Positions 9,414 through 21,449 are shown, counted from the first letter of the stretch. The stretch is 64,000 bases of DNA from Planctomycetota bacterium (GCA_965248445.1 CBDFJG010000002.1:416001-480000), one strand, 5' to 3'. The notes: generated by a model not told the origin, from the letters alone. Numbers and translations: made by a program.

Positions 9414-12330
9414 CACAGCGGAAGCCGATGAGCAGCTCGGCGTCGGCGTTGGTCTCGTCCACGAAGTGGAACGACTCTCCGGTGATCCCGGTGCGTCCGC
9501 TCTTGGCGGAGCCGCCCCGCACGACGCGTGCAGCGGCGCCGTCCGGCGCCTTCGCTTCGTCGGTAGTCCACTCCGCGGCGTTGCCCGCCATGTGCTGTGC
9601 TCCGTAAAGCGAAGCGCCGCCGGGGAACGAGTCGGCAGTCGCGAGCGTCTTACGCTCGCTGTCCTGGGACACGCAGCGCGTCTCTTCGAACACGTTGCCC
9701 CATGGGTACGTCCAGCCGTCGGTGCCGCGCGCGGCCTTCTCCCATTCGTCGGACGTCGGCAGGCGCTTGCCCCGCCACTTCGCGTAAGCCGCGGCCTGCG
9801 CGTACGACACGCCGACGACGGGCAGGTTGCGGAGGTGCGCCGGAGGAGTCGTGCCCTTCCAGTTGGCCGGGGGAGTGCCGTCGGCGCCCGCCACGAATTC
9901 GGCGTACTCGCGGTTGCTGACCTCCGTGCGGTCGATCAGGAAGTGCGCGACGTCCGTGGGACGTCCCTCGCCCGGACCGAGCAGGGCGGCGCCGCCCGGC
10001 ACGAAGACCATGCCGGTGCGCGAGAGCTGCTCGACGTACCTTGCGTACTCCTCCATCCAGCGGGTGCCGAAGTCGCCCTGTCGCAGGTCCTCGGGGAACG
10101 CGAGGATCACGAGCATGCCGCTGACGGCATTGCCCTCGAGCGCGGCCTTGCGGGCCGCGTTCACGGCCGCCGTGAAGGCCTTCGAGACGGCAGCGTCGTA
10201 ACGCGAGCGCGCGTCACTGCGTGCGGTGCCGATGTCCGCCGGCGGGAGGACGGGGTGACTCTCGGTGAGTGCATCCAGCTTCGCGAGCGTGGCTTCCACC
10301 TCGAGAGGGTTCGCGGCTGCCGCTGCCTTGACTTCCGCGAGCGCCGCTGTCGCGGCCTTCATCTCGGCCTCGCGGCGCACGGCGATGTGGTCCACGGGCG
10401 AGGGGCCGGGCGCCTCGGCGGGCGGCATCAGCATGAACGCGGCGGCGCCGAGCGCGCCGAGTGCCAGCAGCACGATCACCACGACGGCCAGCACGCCGCC
10501 GCGCTTCTTCGGCTTGTGCACGCGCGCCGACACCTGCTGCATCTTCTCGACGGCGGTGTCGATCTGCTGCGCCACGTGCGGCTTGCCGCCGCGGAGCAGG
10601 CGGTCGACCTCGTCGATGAACTCGCGAGCGCGTGCGTAGCGCGCGCGCGGGTCCTTCGCCATCAGCTTCTCGACGATGGTCGAGACGGTCGGCGGGACGG
10701 CGCGGTTGACCTGCTGCACTGGCACGGCCTGCTCGCGTGACTGCTTCGTCATCACCTCGATGGCCGTCTCGCCGGCGAACGGCTTGTCGCCGGTGAGCAG
10801 CTCGTAGAGCGTGCAACCGAGCGAGTAGAGATCGCTGCGTCCGTCCAGCTCTCGCCCGGCGATCTGCTCGGGCGACATGTAGAACGGCGTGCCCATCACG
10901 TCGCCGTTCTCCTCCCCGGCGCGTTGTGCGTACGCCGCGAGGCCGAAGTCGGCGACGCGCACCTCGCCCAGCGGCGTGAGCATCAGGTTGGCGGGCTTCA
11001 CGTCGCGGTGGACGATCTTCTTGCGGTGCGCAACGGCGAGGCCCTCTGCAGTCTGCTTCGCGATCAGAAGAGCCTCTTCCCACGTGAGAGAGCCCTTCTC
11101 GATGAGGACGTCGGCGACGCTGCGGCCGGCGAGCAACTGCATCACGATGTAGTGGTGTCCGCGCTCGTAGCCGACGTCGTGCACCTGGACGATGTTCGCG
11201 TGCTCGATCTGCGCGAGTGCGCGTGCCTCGACGAGGAACTGGTCGGTCTCGCGCTGCGCGTCGTCGAGCAGGACCTTCACCGCCACGCGGCGTTGCAACT
11301 GCTCGTGCATGCCCTCGTAGACGACGCCCATCGCGCCGCGTCCGATCTCGCGATCCAGCCGGCAACCACCGAGTGACGTCCCGAGCAGATCGTCGTGCTC
11401 CACCTCGGCGGCCGTCGATGCCGTCGAACTCTCGTGCACTGCCTCGGGGGCCAGCGGCTCGGGAGCGACCGGGGCCTCCTGTCCGGCGTCCGCTTCCATC
11501 GCTCGCGCGAGGTCGTGCACGTCGAACTGCTGGGTGGCGTCGGCATCGGGCACCGGTGCGCGGGCGGCTGCGGGGGCGGCTGCGGCAGCGGCGAACGCGC
11601 GCGATGCATGCAGGGAGGCATCGCCGAACTTCTCGGTCTCGCCGGGCTCGTGGTCCTCGCGCTGGCGGAACATCTCGGTGCGGCCGACGAGCTGCTCCTG
11701 TGAGGTGTCGCTCTGCGGTGCGGCCGGCGCGACGGGAGCGGATCCGGCGGTGCCGGCGAACATGCCGGGTTCGGGATCGTGGGCTGCCGACACGTCGCCA
11801 GGAACGAAACGGCCGTGACGCGCGCCGTCGAAGTTCATCGTACCCTTGTCCGATCCGCTGGTGTCAGGGGCCGGAGACGCGGGAGCAGGAGAAGCCGGAG
11901 TAGGAGAAGCCGGAGGAGACACGGCTGCGGGCGCAGCGGGGGCAGCAGGCGTCGCGGGCTTGGGACCGAACGGCGAGGGCGACGCCGCTGCGCGCCCGTC
12001 TGGTGCGCTGCTTCCGAACGGCGAAGCCTGGACAGGCACTGTCGTCTGCATCGGCGCCGTCTGCATCGGGGCCGGTTGGAGTTGCGCCGGCTGGAGGCCC
12101 GCGGCCGCGGCGGCGGGGAGCGCATGCGTCGGCGGCGGGAGTGCCTCGCGGAGCATCGCCACCGTCGCCGCGTCGAGACCTCCGGTGCGCTCGAGAGCGG
12201 CCAGGAGGTCGACGGTCTCACCGCCCTCGATCAGTTCGTCGCGGAGCTTCTCGGCCGCGTCGAGCGCCTGTTCGTCGCACAGGCCCGCCTCGAGGCAGGA
12301 CTCGCGCAGTTCCAGATCGGCGTTGTGCAT
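9388..12330 (-). CDS. Ser/Thr protein kinase with a TM helix and C-terminal FGE-sulfatase (SUMF1) domain
   Basis: [63 protein letters not shown]; Pro/Ala-rich N-terminal linker. Confidence 0.93.
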   Translation of the reverse strand: MHNADLELRESCLEAGLCDEQALDAAEKLRDELIEGGETVDLLAALERTGGLDAATVAMLREALPPPTHALPAAAAAGLQPAQLQPAPMQTAPMQTTVPVQASPFGSSAPDGRAAASPSPFGPKPATPAAPAAPAAVSPPASPTPASPAPASPAPDTSGSDKGTMNFDGARHGRFVPGDVSAAHDPEPGMFAGTAGSAPVAPAAPQSDTSQEQLVGRTEMFRQREDHEPGETEKFGDASLHASRAFAAAAAAPAAARAPVPDADATQQFDVHDLARAMEADAGQEAPVAPEPLAPEAVHESSTASTAAEVEHDDLLGTSLGGCRLDREIGRGAMGVVYEGMHEQLQRRVAVKVLLDDAQRETDQFLVEARALAQIEHANIVQVHDVGYERGHHYIVMQLLAGRSVADVLIEKGSLTWEEALLIAKQTAEGLAVAHRKKIVHRDVKPANLMLTPLGEVRVADFGLAAYAQRAGEENGDVMGTPFYMSPEQIAGRELDGRSDLYSLGCTLYELLTGDKPFAGETAIEVMTKQSREQAVPVQQVNRAVPPTVSTIVEKLMAKDPRARYARAREFIDEVDRLLRGGKPHVAQQIDTAVEKMQQVSARVHKPKKRGGVLAVVVIVLLALGALGAAAFMLMPPAEAPGPSPVDHIAVRREAEMKAATAALAEVKAAAAANPLEVEATLAKLDALTESHPVLPPADIGTARSDARSRYDAAVSKAFTAAVNAARKAALEGNAVSGMLVILAFPEDLRQGDFGTRWMEEYARYVEQLSRTGMVFVPGGAALLGPGEGRPTDVAHFLIDRTEVSNREYAEFVAGADGTPPANWKGTTPPAHLRNLPVVGVSYAQAAAYAKWRGKRLPTSDEWEKAARGTDGWTYPWGNVFEETRCVSQDSERKTLATADSFPGGASLYGAQHMAGNAAEWTTDEAKAPDGAAARVVRGGSAKSGRTGITGESFHFVDETNADAELLIGFRCVRDATSAE

Positions 12331-12383
12331 CGGCTCGCTCCCGCTTCCTGGGTTCGGCCTCGCGCAACGAGGCCTCTCGTCAC

Positions 12384-12410
12384 ATCGAGATGCCGCGGGC
12401 CCGGGCTTGA
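12384..12410 (-). promoter_or_regulatory. Putative sigma28-like promoter (TCAA-N19-CGAT) upstream of the kinase
   Basis: Motif read directly; the same layout occurs at 12459-12485 and 56157-56184. Confidence 0.4.
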
Positions 12411-12458
12411 GCCAGGCACGAGCCTGAATGGGGCTGAGATCGGTGGGGATCGGCGGCC

Positions 12459-12485
12459 TCAAGGCCCTCTCGTCCGGCTACCGAT
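12459..12485 (+). promoter_or_regulatory. Putative sigma28-like promoter (TCAAG...ACCGAT) upstream of the DUF4388 gene
   Basis: TCAA at 12459-12462, CGAT at 12482-12485, ATG at 12494. Confidence 0.45.
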
Positions 12486-12493
12486 CCACTCTC

Positions 12494-15209
12494 ATGGACA
12501 GTGCACGTCTGGCCGACGTCGCCCAGGAGCCCCTGGTCGAGGCGTTGAACCGCATCGCCGGGTCGCGCGGTGTGTGCACGCTCACGGCGTCGGACGGCAT
12601 CAGCGAGCGGATCGTGTACTTCGCCGACGGCGGGGTGCGGATATTCAGCGCGGGTGTCTACGCGCCGGCCCGCCTCGAGGACGTCCTCGTCTCGATGGGC
12701 GTGTTGGAGGCGGACGGCGTCGATGCCCTGCTGGCGGCGGCACGCGATGCGCACAAGCCGGTCGGCGAAACGGCCGTCGCGCGCGGCATGGCGCGCCTGC
12801 GGGACCTCTCTGCGGGGCTGCACGAACTGATCGTCGAGGAACTGCTCGCGATGCTCGTCTGGCACGGCGCGCAGTTCCGGTCGGCGGAGGGCGTGCCGCC
12901 CGAGGACGTACACGGCGAGCGCTTCACGTCCGTGTCCGTCACATGCGACTCCCGAGAGTTCATTCAAGCGGTGCTGCGGCGGATCGATGCCTGCCGTCCC
13001 GCGAGTGGCCGGTTGCCCGCAGCGACCGACTACCTCGAGGCCGTGGTAGACGCGTCTCCTCACACGGCACCGGACGTCTGGCGTTTCCTCACGTCGCTGG
13101 ACGGTGAACGTCCGCCGCCGGCTGGCGGGCGCATACGAGCGCGCCGGCGAGAAGTCGCGCGCCGCGGGACAGTGGCGATGGCTGGGCGACCAGCACCGCG
13201 CGAGACGCGAGTTCGATGCAGCACTCTCGTGCTACCGCGCGGCTGTCCGACAGGTGCCCGCGGACTTCCAGACCCGCGAGCTGATCCTCGAGATCCACCG
13301 GCACCGTCGGGACGACAAGCAACTCGTCGCCGACGGTCGCCCGCTCGCAGACCTCCTGCTGCGTCACAACCTCGCGGACCGCGCGCGGAAGCTGCTGCAG
13401 CAACTGGTGCAGCTGCTCCCGGACGACGCGGCACTCCGGCGGGAGTACGCGCTCGTGCTGACGGCGCTCGGCCACGGCGGAGCGGCCATCGAACAACTGC
13501 ACAAGCTCGCCGAGATCCTGAAGAAGCGCCGCGCGCCGGATCACGAGCTGCGCGACGTACACCTGCGCGTGCTCGCGCTCGACTCGAGCAACCGTCCCTC
13601 CGGCATCGCGTACGCCAAGCTGACCGGGACGCGTGCCTATCGGCGGCTCCTGCTGGCGGCGACCGGCGTGATCGTCGTGGCTGCCATCGGGGCAGGTCTG
13701 TTCGTGATGCGCGAGTACCAGAGCCGCGAGGAGCTCGCCATCGCCCTCGCCCAAGTGGACGAACTCGTGCGCGACGGCCGGTACGAGGACGCTGCGACTG
13801 AGCTGTCACGCCTCGAAGTCGAGCACCGCTTCACGCGCTCCGCCGAGATGGTGCGCGCGTACCGCGAGTCCGTGGACGCCGCGCGACAGGCGAGCGTGCC
13901 CGTGGTGAAGCCGGTGGGCACTTCGCTGACGACGCTCGCTGCGGAGCACATGGCGACAGCGGCGTTCGACGCCGAGGACGCCGGCGACCTCGAGAAGGCG
14001 CACGAGATCCTCGCGCGACTCGTTGCCACCCACCCGGACACCGAGGCGGCGCAGACTGCCGAGGTCCCGCTGCGCGTCACGCCGATACCGAGCGACGCGA
14101 CGGTCTACCTAGACGGAGTGGAGCTTGGTCAGGGCGATGTGGAGCTTCGCTACACGCCGGCGAGACCCGCCGTGCTCCGCGTGGAGCGTCTGCGCTTCGA
14201 GCCGGTCGAGAGGACGCTGTCGGCGGTCGAGGAACTGGACCTCACCGTCGCACTCTCCAAGCCCATGCTCTGGCGCCAGGCCTATGATGCCGAGATCGTG
14301 GCGCAGCCACTCGTGCTGCACCGACGCCTTGTGATCGCACTCTCGGATCGCACGGTCGCGTCCGTGCATCCGGGCGCCGGCGACGTGCTCTGGCGCACGC
14401 CGCTTGGTATGTACGACGAGATCACCGCCGGACCGATCGAGTCGGTGCAGGGCGTGCTCGTCGGTACTGCTGCGGGCAACGTGTTCTGCCTCGACGTGGC
14501 GACGGGCGAAGTGCGATGGAGCGCCACCCTCGAGAAGCCCGTGGTCGGTCCGTTCCTCGGAGGTGTGGTTCCCTCGGTCACGCTCGCGGACGGGTCGTTC
14601 CATGCGCCGGCTTCCGCGGGCCTGCCTCCGACCGATCCCGGTGCGGTGACACCTGGTACGCAGCTGGTCCTGTCCGGCAACAGATCGGTCGCGTTCGCCG
14701 ACGGTGACGGACACCTCCGTGTGGGGCCTGCCTTTGATCCTGCGAAGTGGTCGGCTCCCGGGAGCGCGGTGCTCATCGCACCCCCGGCAGCGGAAGAGGG
14801 CGCCCGGCGTATCTGGGGCCTCTGCGCCGACGGCCAGCTCCGGCTCTACACGAAGAGCGCCCGCATGCTCCGCGCGCTCCCGGCTCCGGATGCCCTGCCG
14901 CTCGCGCCGTGCGCGGTGGCGGACACCGCGATCATCGCCTGCGAAGGAGGGCGGCTCCTCGCCTACCGCGCGAGCGGCGAGGTCGTCTTCGACATCTCGC
15001 TGCCGGAGGAGGCTGCGAAGACGCCGGTGCTCTCCGCCGGGCGCCTCCTCGTGTGCGGCACCGGCGGCACGCTGTTCGTCCTCGACGCGGAGACCGGCCA
15101 GGAGAAGTGGCGCCTCGCAACGGGCACGCCGATGACGCAGCAGGCCGCGGCGACCACCTCACGCATCTACGTCGCCGCGGGCGATTCGGTCTTCGCCGTC
15201 GAGCGGTAG
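12494..15209 (+). pseudogene. DUF4388-like N-domain / TPR / TM / PEGA / PQQ-type beta-propeller protein, split by a frame change near 13105
   Basis: First frame is protein-like up to WRFLTSLDGE; second frame 13104-15209 has TPR-like helices, a TM, PSDATVYLDG (PEGA) and LDAETGQEKWR propeller repeats. Confidence 0.7.
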
Positions 15210-15219
15210 CGGAGGCCCT

Positions 15220-15336
15220 CTAGAACGAGCTTGCACTCGTTGCGTGAATAGCGGAAGGCGCGACGGTTGCGAAGCAAGCGGCGTGACTGGAGCCCTTCGT
15301 AGCCGCCGGAGGCGGCGTAGAAGGGACACAAACTAG
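15220..15336. repeat. CTAG-bounded intergenic element with three hairpins (REP/MITE-like)
   Basis: CTAG at 15220 and 15333; hairpins aacgag/ctcgtt, ttgc-gaa-gcaa and cccttc..gccgcc/ggcggc..gaaggg. Confidence 0.45.
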
Positions 15337-15384
15337 ATGTAGCGAGGCGCGCTGGGCGCCCCGCGCCCGGCGTGACCGCTGCAG

Positions 15385-18300
15385 CTAGTCGAGCCAGTCG
15401 AAGACGCGCAGGTACTCGCCGTTCGTGCTCGTGTCGGGGTAGAACTCGGTCAGCAGGATCAGCGAGTACCCCGAGCTGCCTGCCACGTCTCCGAGCAACA
15501 GCTCGTGCACATCGCCCGTGTCGGTCGTGGTCGGCGGCAGGAAGTCGTTCCCGACCGCGAAGGTGAGACCCCCGGGCCGGCCGAACAGTAGGCGGGTTGC
15601 ACGAACACGCGCCGCGCCGGCGTCCTCCAGCGCCTCGAGGGTCCCCACCAGGATGTCCACCTCGCCGTCACCGTTCACATCCCTCACCGCGAGCGTGAAG
15701 CCCCGCAGGTTGTCGTCTTTCGTGCCCGGCAACGGGACGGACGGCAGCGCGGTAGCCGTCACGTCCGTGAATCCGGTGGCGGCACCGTCATTCCGCAGGA
15801 CACGCAGCGCGTGCGCCGTGAACGTCGGCCCGGCGCTCGTGTGCGCGTCGAGTGAGACGCCGTGGACCAGCACGAGGTCGAGGTCGGAGTCTCCGTCGAG
15901 ATCGACCAATTCCAGAGCGTGCCCCTGCCAGAGTTCGTTGCCGCTGACGGCCGGCAGCCACGTCGAGGTGGCGTCGGTGAAGAACCCCCTGCCATCGTTC
16001 GTCAACACGGCTGCCGAGACCCGCGCCGTGTCGTAGCTCCCGCCGTAGTAGTCCGCCGAGAACAGACCATACGGGGTCGTGGTCAGCGGGTTCGACCACG
16101 TGAGGACGATGTCGAGGTCGTTGTCGTTGTCGATGTCGCCGAGAGCGACGTCGTTCGCGGGGAACGCCGGGAGAACCGACGGTATTGTGCCCGCCAGCGG
16201 GAGACGCGGGAACGAGACGTTCACGAGGCCGTTGGCGTTGGCGATATCGTTGTCGAAGATGAGGAGTGCCGACGCGTACTGATACGTCGGTGTGACGTTG
16301 TTGTAGAAGTAGCCCGCGTAGTAGCTCGCCGTGTAGCTGCCGGCTGTGCTCGTGTTGACATAGGCGGGCGGGACCACGAGGCTGCCTGCGCGGTAGCGCG
16401 TCGTTCCGACGACGACGTCGAGGTCGTTGTCGTTGTCCAGGTCGCCGAGAGCCAGGGACGTCGATGTCCCCATCGGTAGGTACGTACTCTGCGATACGAA
16501 GAACGGGTAGTTGTTCAGGTAGTACGTGTCGTAGACCTGCACGTATTGCCCGGGGTAGATCACGGAATTCGCCGTGTCGAACGTGAACGTCCCCGTGCCG
16601 TTGTTCTTGAAGACGCGGACGTCATCGTAGAACGCGCCGTAGTTCGGGTCGTAGACGGAACCCACGGATACGATCTCCGGACCATTGGAGCCGTCCAGAT
16701 CTCCGATCGCGAGGGCGTCGGCGATCCACGGATCCACACTGCCGGGATCGCCGTACGCGGCCGGGAAGTTCGTGCCGGTCCTGTCCTGCAGCGTCGTTCC
16801 GTTTCCGAGGAGCAGGCGCGTCAGTTCGGTCCGCGTCCCGGGCGGGTAGACGTAGGCGTCGTACGAACCGATCACGAGGTCGTTCGCGGCGCCGCCGCCG
16901 TCGAGGTCGCCGAGAGCAGCGCAGAACGCGCTGAAGTCGTCCACCGAAGAGCCCGCCGGCGCGCGCGTGGTGGTTCGCATCCGAGAAGCCCACGTACTTC
17001 ACGGCGTCGCTCAGCGCGCCCTGCTGACCGGCAATGTCGGTCACGAGGAGCGGCTTCCCTCCGAACGTCGTGGACGACGGAGCGGCGAAGTCGAACGACG
17101 TGGCCGTGACGTTGGAGACTGTGAGCGGACTCCCGTCGAACTCGAACGTGTTGGTCGCGCGGAACCCGGTGCCTGTCGCGCGCATCGTCGTTCCACCCGC
17201 GAGCGGCACCTCGTCGGGCGCGGCGAACGGTCCAGAGATAGCGGCGACGCTGCGGATCGTCGGCGGTGCCTCGATCACGAAAATCGGTCCGAACACGATG
17301 GTGCCCACGCGATCGACCAGTTGCGACGTATACAGGCCGGCCGGCAGCGCCGGCGACGAGAACGTCGCCGTCGTCGAGTTCACGTTCGCCAGAGTGACGC
17401 CCACCCCGGCGAACGACAGGGCGTCGTCGATCTCGAAGCCCGTGCCGGACAGTGTGACAGTCGTGCCTCCCACGACCGCCGCGAACAGCGGATCGAATGG
17501 CGTGGCCGCGAATGCGGGCGGCACCTTGTAGGTGAACATGAACGGCGCGACAGCGTCTCGGCCGAACGCGTCGGTCAGCACGATGGCCGCGTCGCCTATC
17601 GCTCCGGCCGGAGTCGTCACCGTTGCCGAAGAGCCGTCCCCCGCGAGCGCAGTCACCGCGGCTGAGTTGAGCCCGAATCGCACGGTCACCGGCGCGGCGA
17701 AGTTCGCGCCCAAGAGCCTGAACGACTGTCCCCCGGCGGTCGATCCGCCGCGCCGGACGGCGTCGGTCACGTCGCGCAGGTCGGCGATCACGGGAGGCGG
17801 CGGGTACAGGAAGTACGCGCCGCGTCGCGATGCCTGGCCATCCGGATTCTGGACCGCTAGCGAGACCACCGTGCCGTCGGTTCCGGCAGGAACGTCCACG
17901 TCGAGGAACGCGCCGCCGCCCCCCACCGACACGCCCGTGCCGGGTGTGTCACCGAAGAACACGCTGGGCGCGCCGGACGTCGAGAAGTTGCTGCCCGTCA
18001 CGCGCAGCCGCGATCCCTCGATGCCGACGAGCGGGTCGGCGCGGATCGCGAGAATCGGCTCGGTGCTCGAGACCTCCTCCGGCTTTTTGCCGGACTTCGG
18101 GCGGTCCTGCGGCGTGACGGAGTACGAGATCGCGTAGTTGGCTGTGCCCGCGTCGACCGCCGTGCGGAGGACGTACGATCCGACGCCGGTGGAAAGGGGC
18201 GCCTTCTTCAACAGGAGCTTGTTCGCGCCCTTGGCCTGGACCGCGGCGGCGGCCCCGGGCACCGCGTCGCTCTGCGGGTCCTCGAGCGCATCCGCGCGCA

Positions 18301-18913
18301 CGGGGCTCTGCTTCTTGCTCCATGTCAGCTTGAAGGAGAAGAGCGCGCCGTCGGTCCCGCCGAACACGTGGTCCCGCGTTCCCGGACCCGCAGCGTCGAG
18401 GTCCTGGTCTTTGAGCTTTGTCTTCCGCGCCTTCGAGATCTTGGTGCTGATCGTGTACGTACCGGTCGTCACACCGGCGCCGGTCACACGCACTCCCCAG
18501 ATGCCCGTGGTGAGGACGTCGAATTTCGAGAGCTTCAGCTTGGTGCGCTTCTTGTTCGCCTTCACGCCCAGCGCGTCTCCGGTGATCAGAGTGCCGTCCG
18601 GTTGCACCAGAGACAGCACGGGCTGGAGTGTTCCCTTTTTCGGGATGGCGAGCGTCACCGTCAGCCGCTCGCCGGCCAGGAGCGGCGCGGCGAACACGTC
18701 TTCGTCGGTCTCTCCCGATCGCAGGTCGATCGACGACGTGAACTTCGACTTGCCGAATTCCACGCCGAGCGGCGTCTCAGCGCGCGCCGGCGCGCCCTGC
18801 AAGAGCGGCAACAGGATCAGCACGAGCGTCGCCCACGTACTCGCGTGTCGCGAGGCGCGTGGCTCGGACGGCCGGATAGCAAGCGTTCCAGGAACGTGGA
18901 GCGGCGTCATCAA
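15385..18913 (-). pseudogene. Large secreted/surface protein (PPC-like, several IPT/TIG domains, FG-GAP repeats) with a 1-nt frameshift near 16975
   Basis: Signal peptide ...PARA-ETP; IPT motifs; GDLDNDNDLDVVV repeats; removing one base joins GFSDA to TTTRAPAG. Confidence 0.8.
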
Positions 18914-19053
18914 GAGGTCCTCCCCTGAACCACCGCCCGGCCGTTTGCCCGCGCGCGGCGGATACTTGGAGCCTAGACGGGAGTCGCAATCTTGTGCAAC
19001 TGCCGTATTCGCGCACTGCTGGGTGTCCCGAGGAGTCCCGTTAGACTCCGCGC

Positions 19054-19485
19054 ATGGCCACCTATCAGAGCGTCACCACCGGCGATGTCATCGACGTCGC
19101 ACCCCACATGGACCGCGCCGCGCGCGCTCTGGCCGCGGCCGAACTGTTGGCCCGGGAGGGCTTCTTCGCGGATGCAGTCGTGCGAGCCCACCAGTCCACC
19201 GTGCACGCGGAGCGGGCGCTGCTCGCCACGGAGAACCGCAGTCCGAGTACCACGTGGTCGGTCCATCGCATGGCGACGTCTCACTTCCACGGCCGGGACG
19301 AACTGAGCCGCAACCACGCACCGGACCTCGAAGCGCTGGCCGCACAGCGGGCGCGCGTGGACGAGCAGCCGGTCGGCGACGCAGACGCCCCGGACGCAGA
19401 GAACGCAGTGGGGCTCGCGCGGGAGCTCCACGACGAGGTGCGCGGCTGGCTCGCGACCTCCGGATACCTGGAAACAGACGCATGA
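19054..19485 (+). CDS. HEPN-domain protein (probably catalytically degenerate)
   Basis: RAARALAAAELL..EGFFADAVVRAHQ..HAERALL pattern; the Rx4-6H/Y position reads RARVDE. Confidence 0.7.
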   Translation: MATYQSVTTGDVIDVAPHMDRAARALAAAELLAREGFFADAVVRAHQSTVHAERALLATENRSPSTTWSVHRMATSHFHGRDELSRNHAPDLEALAAQRARVDEQPVGDADAPDAENAVGLARELHDEVRGWLATSGYLETDA

Positions 19486-19820
19486 CATCCAGCGGAAGAG
19501 CGGGCGATGCGACGGTCTACCGCATCAGCGACAAGGGGCACCTGCACGTGCCGCGCAGCATCCTCGAGCAGGTCGGACTGGACGCCAAGATGCGCGTGCA
19601 GTTCGTCGTCGAGGGCAAGACGCTCGTGATCCAGCGCTCGGCCGGCGGCGACAACCCGCTCGACGGCGCGCTCGGCAAGAAGCCCGACCGCGACCTGTTC
19701 GGCAAGATCCACGAGGAGCAGGCCGAACGCAAACGCCGCCAGCTCGACGCGTTCGGCGACAAGGTGAAGGAAGCCGCCGACGACCCCGAGCCGCCGAGCC
19801 ACCCGTTCGGGCGCGACTGA
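19482..19820 (+). CDS. AbrB/MazE/SpoVT-family DNA-binding protein with a charged C-terminal tail
   Basis: RISDKGHLHVPRSILEQVGL...VQFVVEGKTLVIQ; ATGA overlap with the HEPN gene. Confidence 0.75.
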   Translation: MTSSGRAGDATVYRISDKGHLHVPRSILEQVGLDAKMRVQFVVEGKTLVIQRSAGGDNPLDGALGKKPDRDLFGKIHEEQAERKRRQLDAFGDKVKEAADDPEPPSHPFGRD

Positions 19821-19824
19821 GCCC

Positions 19825-20718
19825 ATGGCCGCCGGGGGGGCCATGTCCGCGGGGGAGAACGGCGAGCGTAAGCCGAAGGCCGGCGCCGTCGGCGCGGTCA
19901 AGAACGCCGCGGCGGGTGCAGCACGCGCGACCGTGACGAGCAGCGTCACGTTCACGACGGGGGCGCTCTGCATCCTGCGCGGTCTGAAGCGCATGTTCCA
20001 CACCCCGTGGTTGTGGCCGTATGCCGCCGCGCCGGTGTTCATTGCGTTCCTGACGTTTGTCGGAACGATGTACTGGCTCGTCACGTGGCTCGCGCCCGCG
20101 GTGCACGAATTCGTTGCGTCGCATCTGTGGGACTGGGCAGCCTCTATTGCGGGGATCTTCACGGCGACCGGTCTGATCGGGGCGGGGCTGATCGCGATGT
20201 ACTTCGCGTTCCCGGCTATCGTGCGCGTCGTCGCCGCACCGTTCCTCGCGCTGCTCGCCGACAAGACGTACCAGAACGTGTCCGGCCGGCCCGCGCCGAC
20301 ACCGCCGGGCTCGAAGTTCGTGCGCTGGATCGTGCGACCGGTCTTCGAGGCGCTCGTGCTGCTCGGCATTCGCGTGCTGGTGACGGCCCCCGCCCTGCTG
20401 CTGCTGTGCATTCCGGTGGCCGGCCCGATCCTGTTCTTCGTTGTCATGCTGCCGCTCGAGGGCATGGATCTGATGGACCTCGCGCAGTCGGCACGCGCGC
20501 TTCCGTTCGGCCAGCGTCTGCGCTTCGTCCGCGGGAACCTCCTTGCCACGTCCGGGCTCGGACTGGGCGCCGCTGGCGTGCTCCTGATCCCGTTCGTGAA
20601 CGTGTTCCTCCTGCCGTCGCTCGTCGTGGGCGCGGTTCTGCTCGACGAACGCATGTCGCCGGACTTCGCGCCGGACGTCAATGCACCGCCCGAACTGCCG
20701 CCTCCGGAGCAGCTGTGA
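19825..20718 (+). CDS. EI24/CysZ-family membrane protein
   Basis: LWPYAAAP, VVAAPFLALLADK and LLIPFVNVFLLP with multiple TM segments. Confidence 0.8.
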   Translation: MAAGGAMSAGENGERKPKAGAVGAVKNAAAGAARATVTSSVTFTTGALCILRGLKRMFHTPWLWPYAAAPVFIAFLTFVGTMYWLVTWLAPAVHEFVASHLWDWAASIAGIFTATGLIGAGLIAMYFAFPAIVRVVAAPFLALLADKTYQNVSGRPAPTPPGSKFVRWIVRPVFEALVLLGIRVLVTAPALLLLCIPVAGPILFFVVMLPLEGMDLMDLAQSARALPFGQRLRFVRGNLLATSGLGLGAAGVLLIPFVNVFLLPSLVVGAVLLDERMSPDFAPDVNAPPELPPPEQL

Positions 20719-21449
20719 GCCGGCCGCTCTACGAACGGATCGCCGCGGACCCCCGCGTGGACATCAGCGACGATCCGTCCGGAGCGCGCGACCTGGAGGG
20801 TGTCGCGGCCGCGCTCTCGCGCGCGGCGAGCGCGACCGATGACCATGCGGCGAGCGCGGCCTTCGACGAGGCGGGTGCGCTCCACGACCTGGCGACGCTC
20901 GATGCGGTCCTCGCGAAGACGGTCGGCGGCGGGCCGCTCGCCTTCCTGCGCGGTGTGCGCCGCCGCCGCTTGCGCGACCTGGCGCGGGCCGCGCTCGAGG
21001 GGACGGCCCACCCGGGAGCGTTGCGCTTGGCCGCCGCCCTGCTCGGCGCCGTTGGCGACAAGTCGGACGTCGAGGGCCTCGAGACCGTCGCCGCGCACCC
21101 GTCCTTCACACTTCACGGCGCCACGGCACTCGCGAACATGAGCAACCGCGCCGCGCTGGGCGCGCTCCTGCGCCTGCTCACCCGCACCGACGGTGACGCG
21201 CGGGTCATCGTCATCGACCGCCTCCTCGCCCACATCCGCGAGCCGGCCGTCCGCCTGGCGCTCTTGCGCGATGCTCTGACCGGTCTGGACGACCGCCCGG
21301 CGAGCGAGATCGCTCCCGCCATCGTGCAGGCGATGGACGTCCGTTCCATCGCGACCGACAGCGCTGCACCCGACGACTTGCGTGCGGCCGCAGACCGCCT
21401 GCTGGACCTGGCCGGGCGCCCGCCGGCACCGCGCGACGAAGCCTTCTGA
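20715..21449 (+). CDS. HEAT/ARM-repeat-like hypothetical protein
   Basis: GTGA overlap with the upstream gene; helical repeats (LGAVGDKSDVEGL, GATALAN). Confidence 0.65.
   Translation: MSRPLYERIAADPRVDISDDPSGARDLEGVAAALSRAASATDDHAASAAFDEAGALHDLATLDAVLAKTVGGGPLAFLRGVRRRRLRDLARAALEGTAHPGALRLAAALLGAVGDKSDVEGLETVAAHPSFTLHGATALANMSNRAALGALLRLLTRTDGDARVIVIDRLLAHIREPAVRLALLRDALTGLDDRPASEIAPAIVQAMDVRSIATDSAAPDDLRAAADRLLDLAGRPPAPRDEAF

Noticed and set aside
11860..12110. Short tandem DNA repeats in the kinase gene
   Set aside because: They encode an ordinary Pro/Ala/Gln low-complexity linker
18985..19000. Sigma54-like TTGCAC-N4-TTGC upstream of the surface-protein gene
   Set aside because: Lacks the invariant GG and the spacing is one base short
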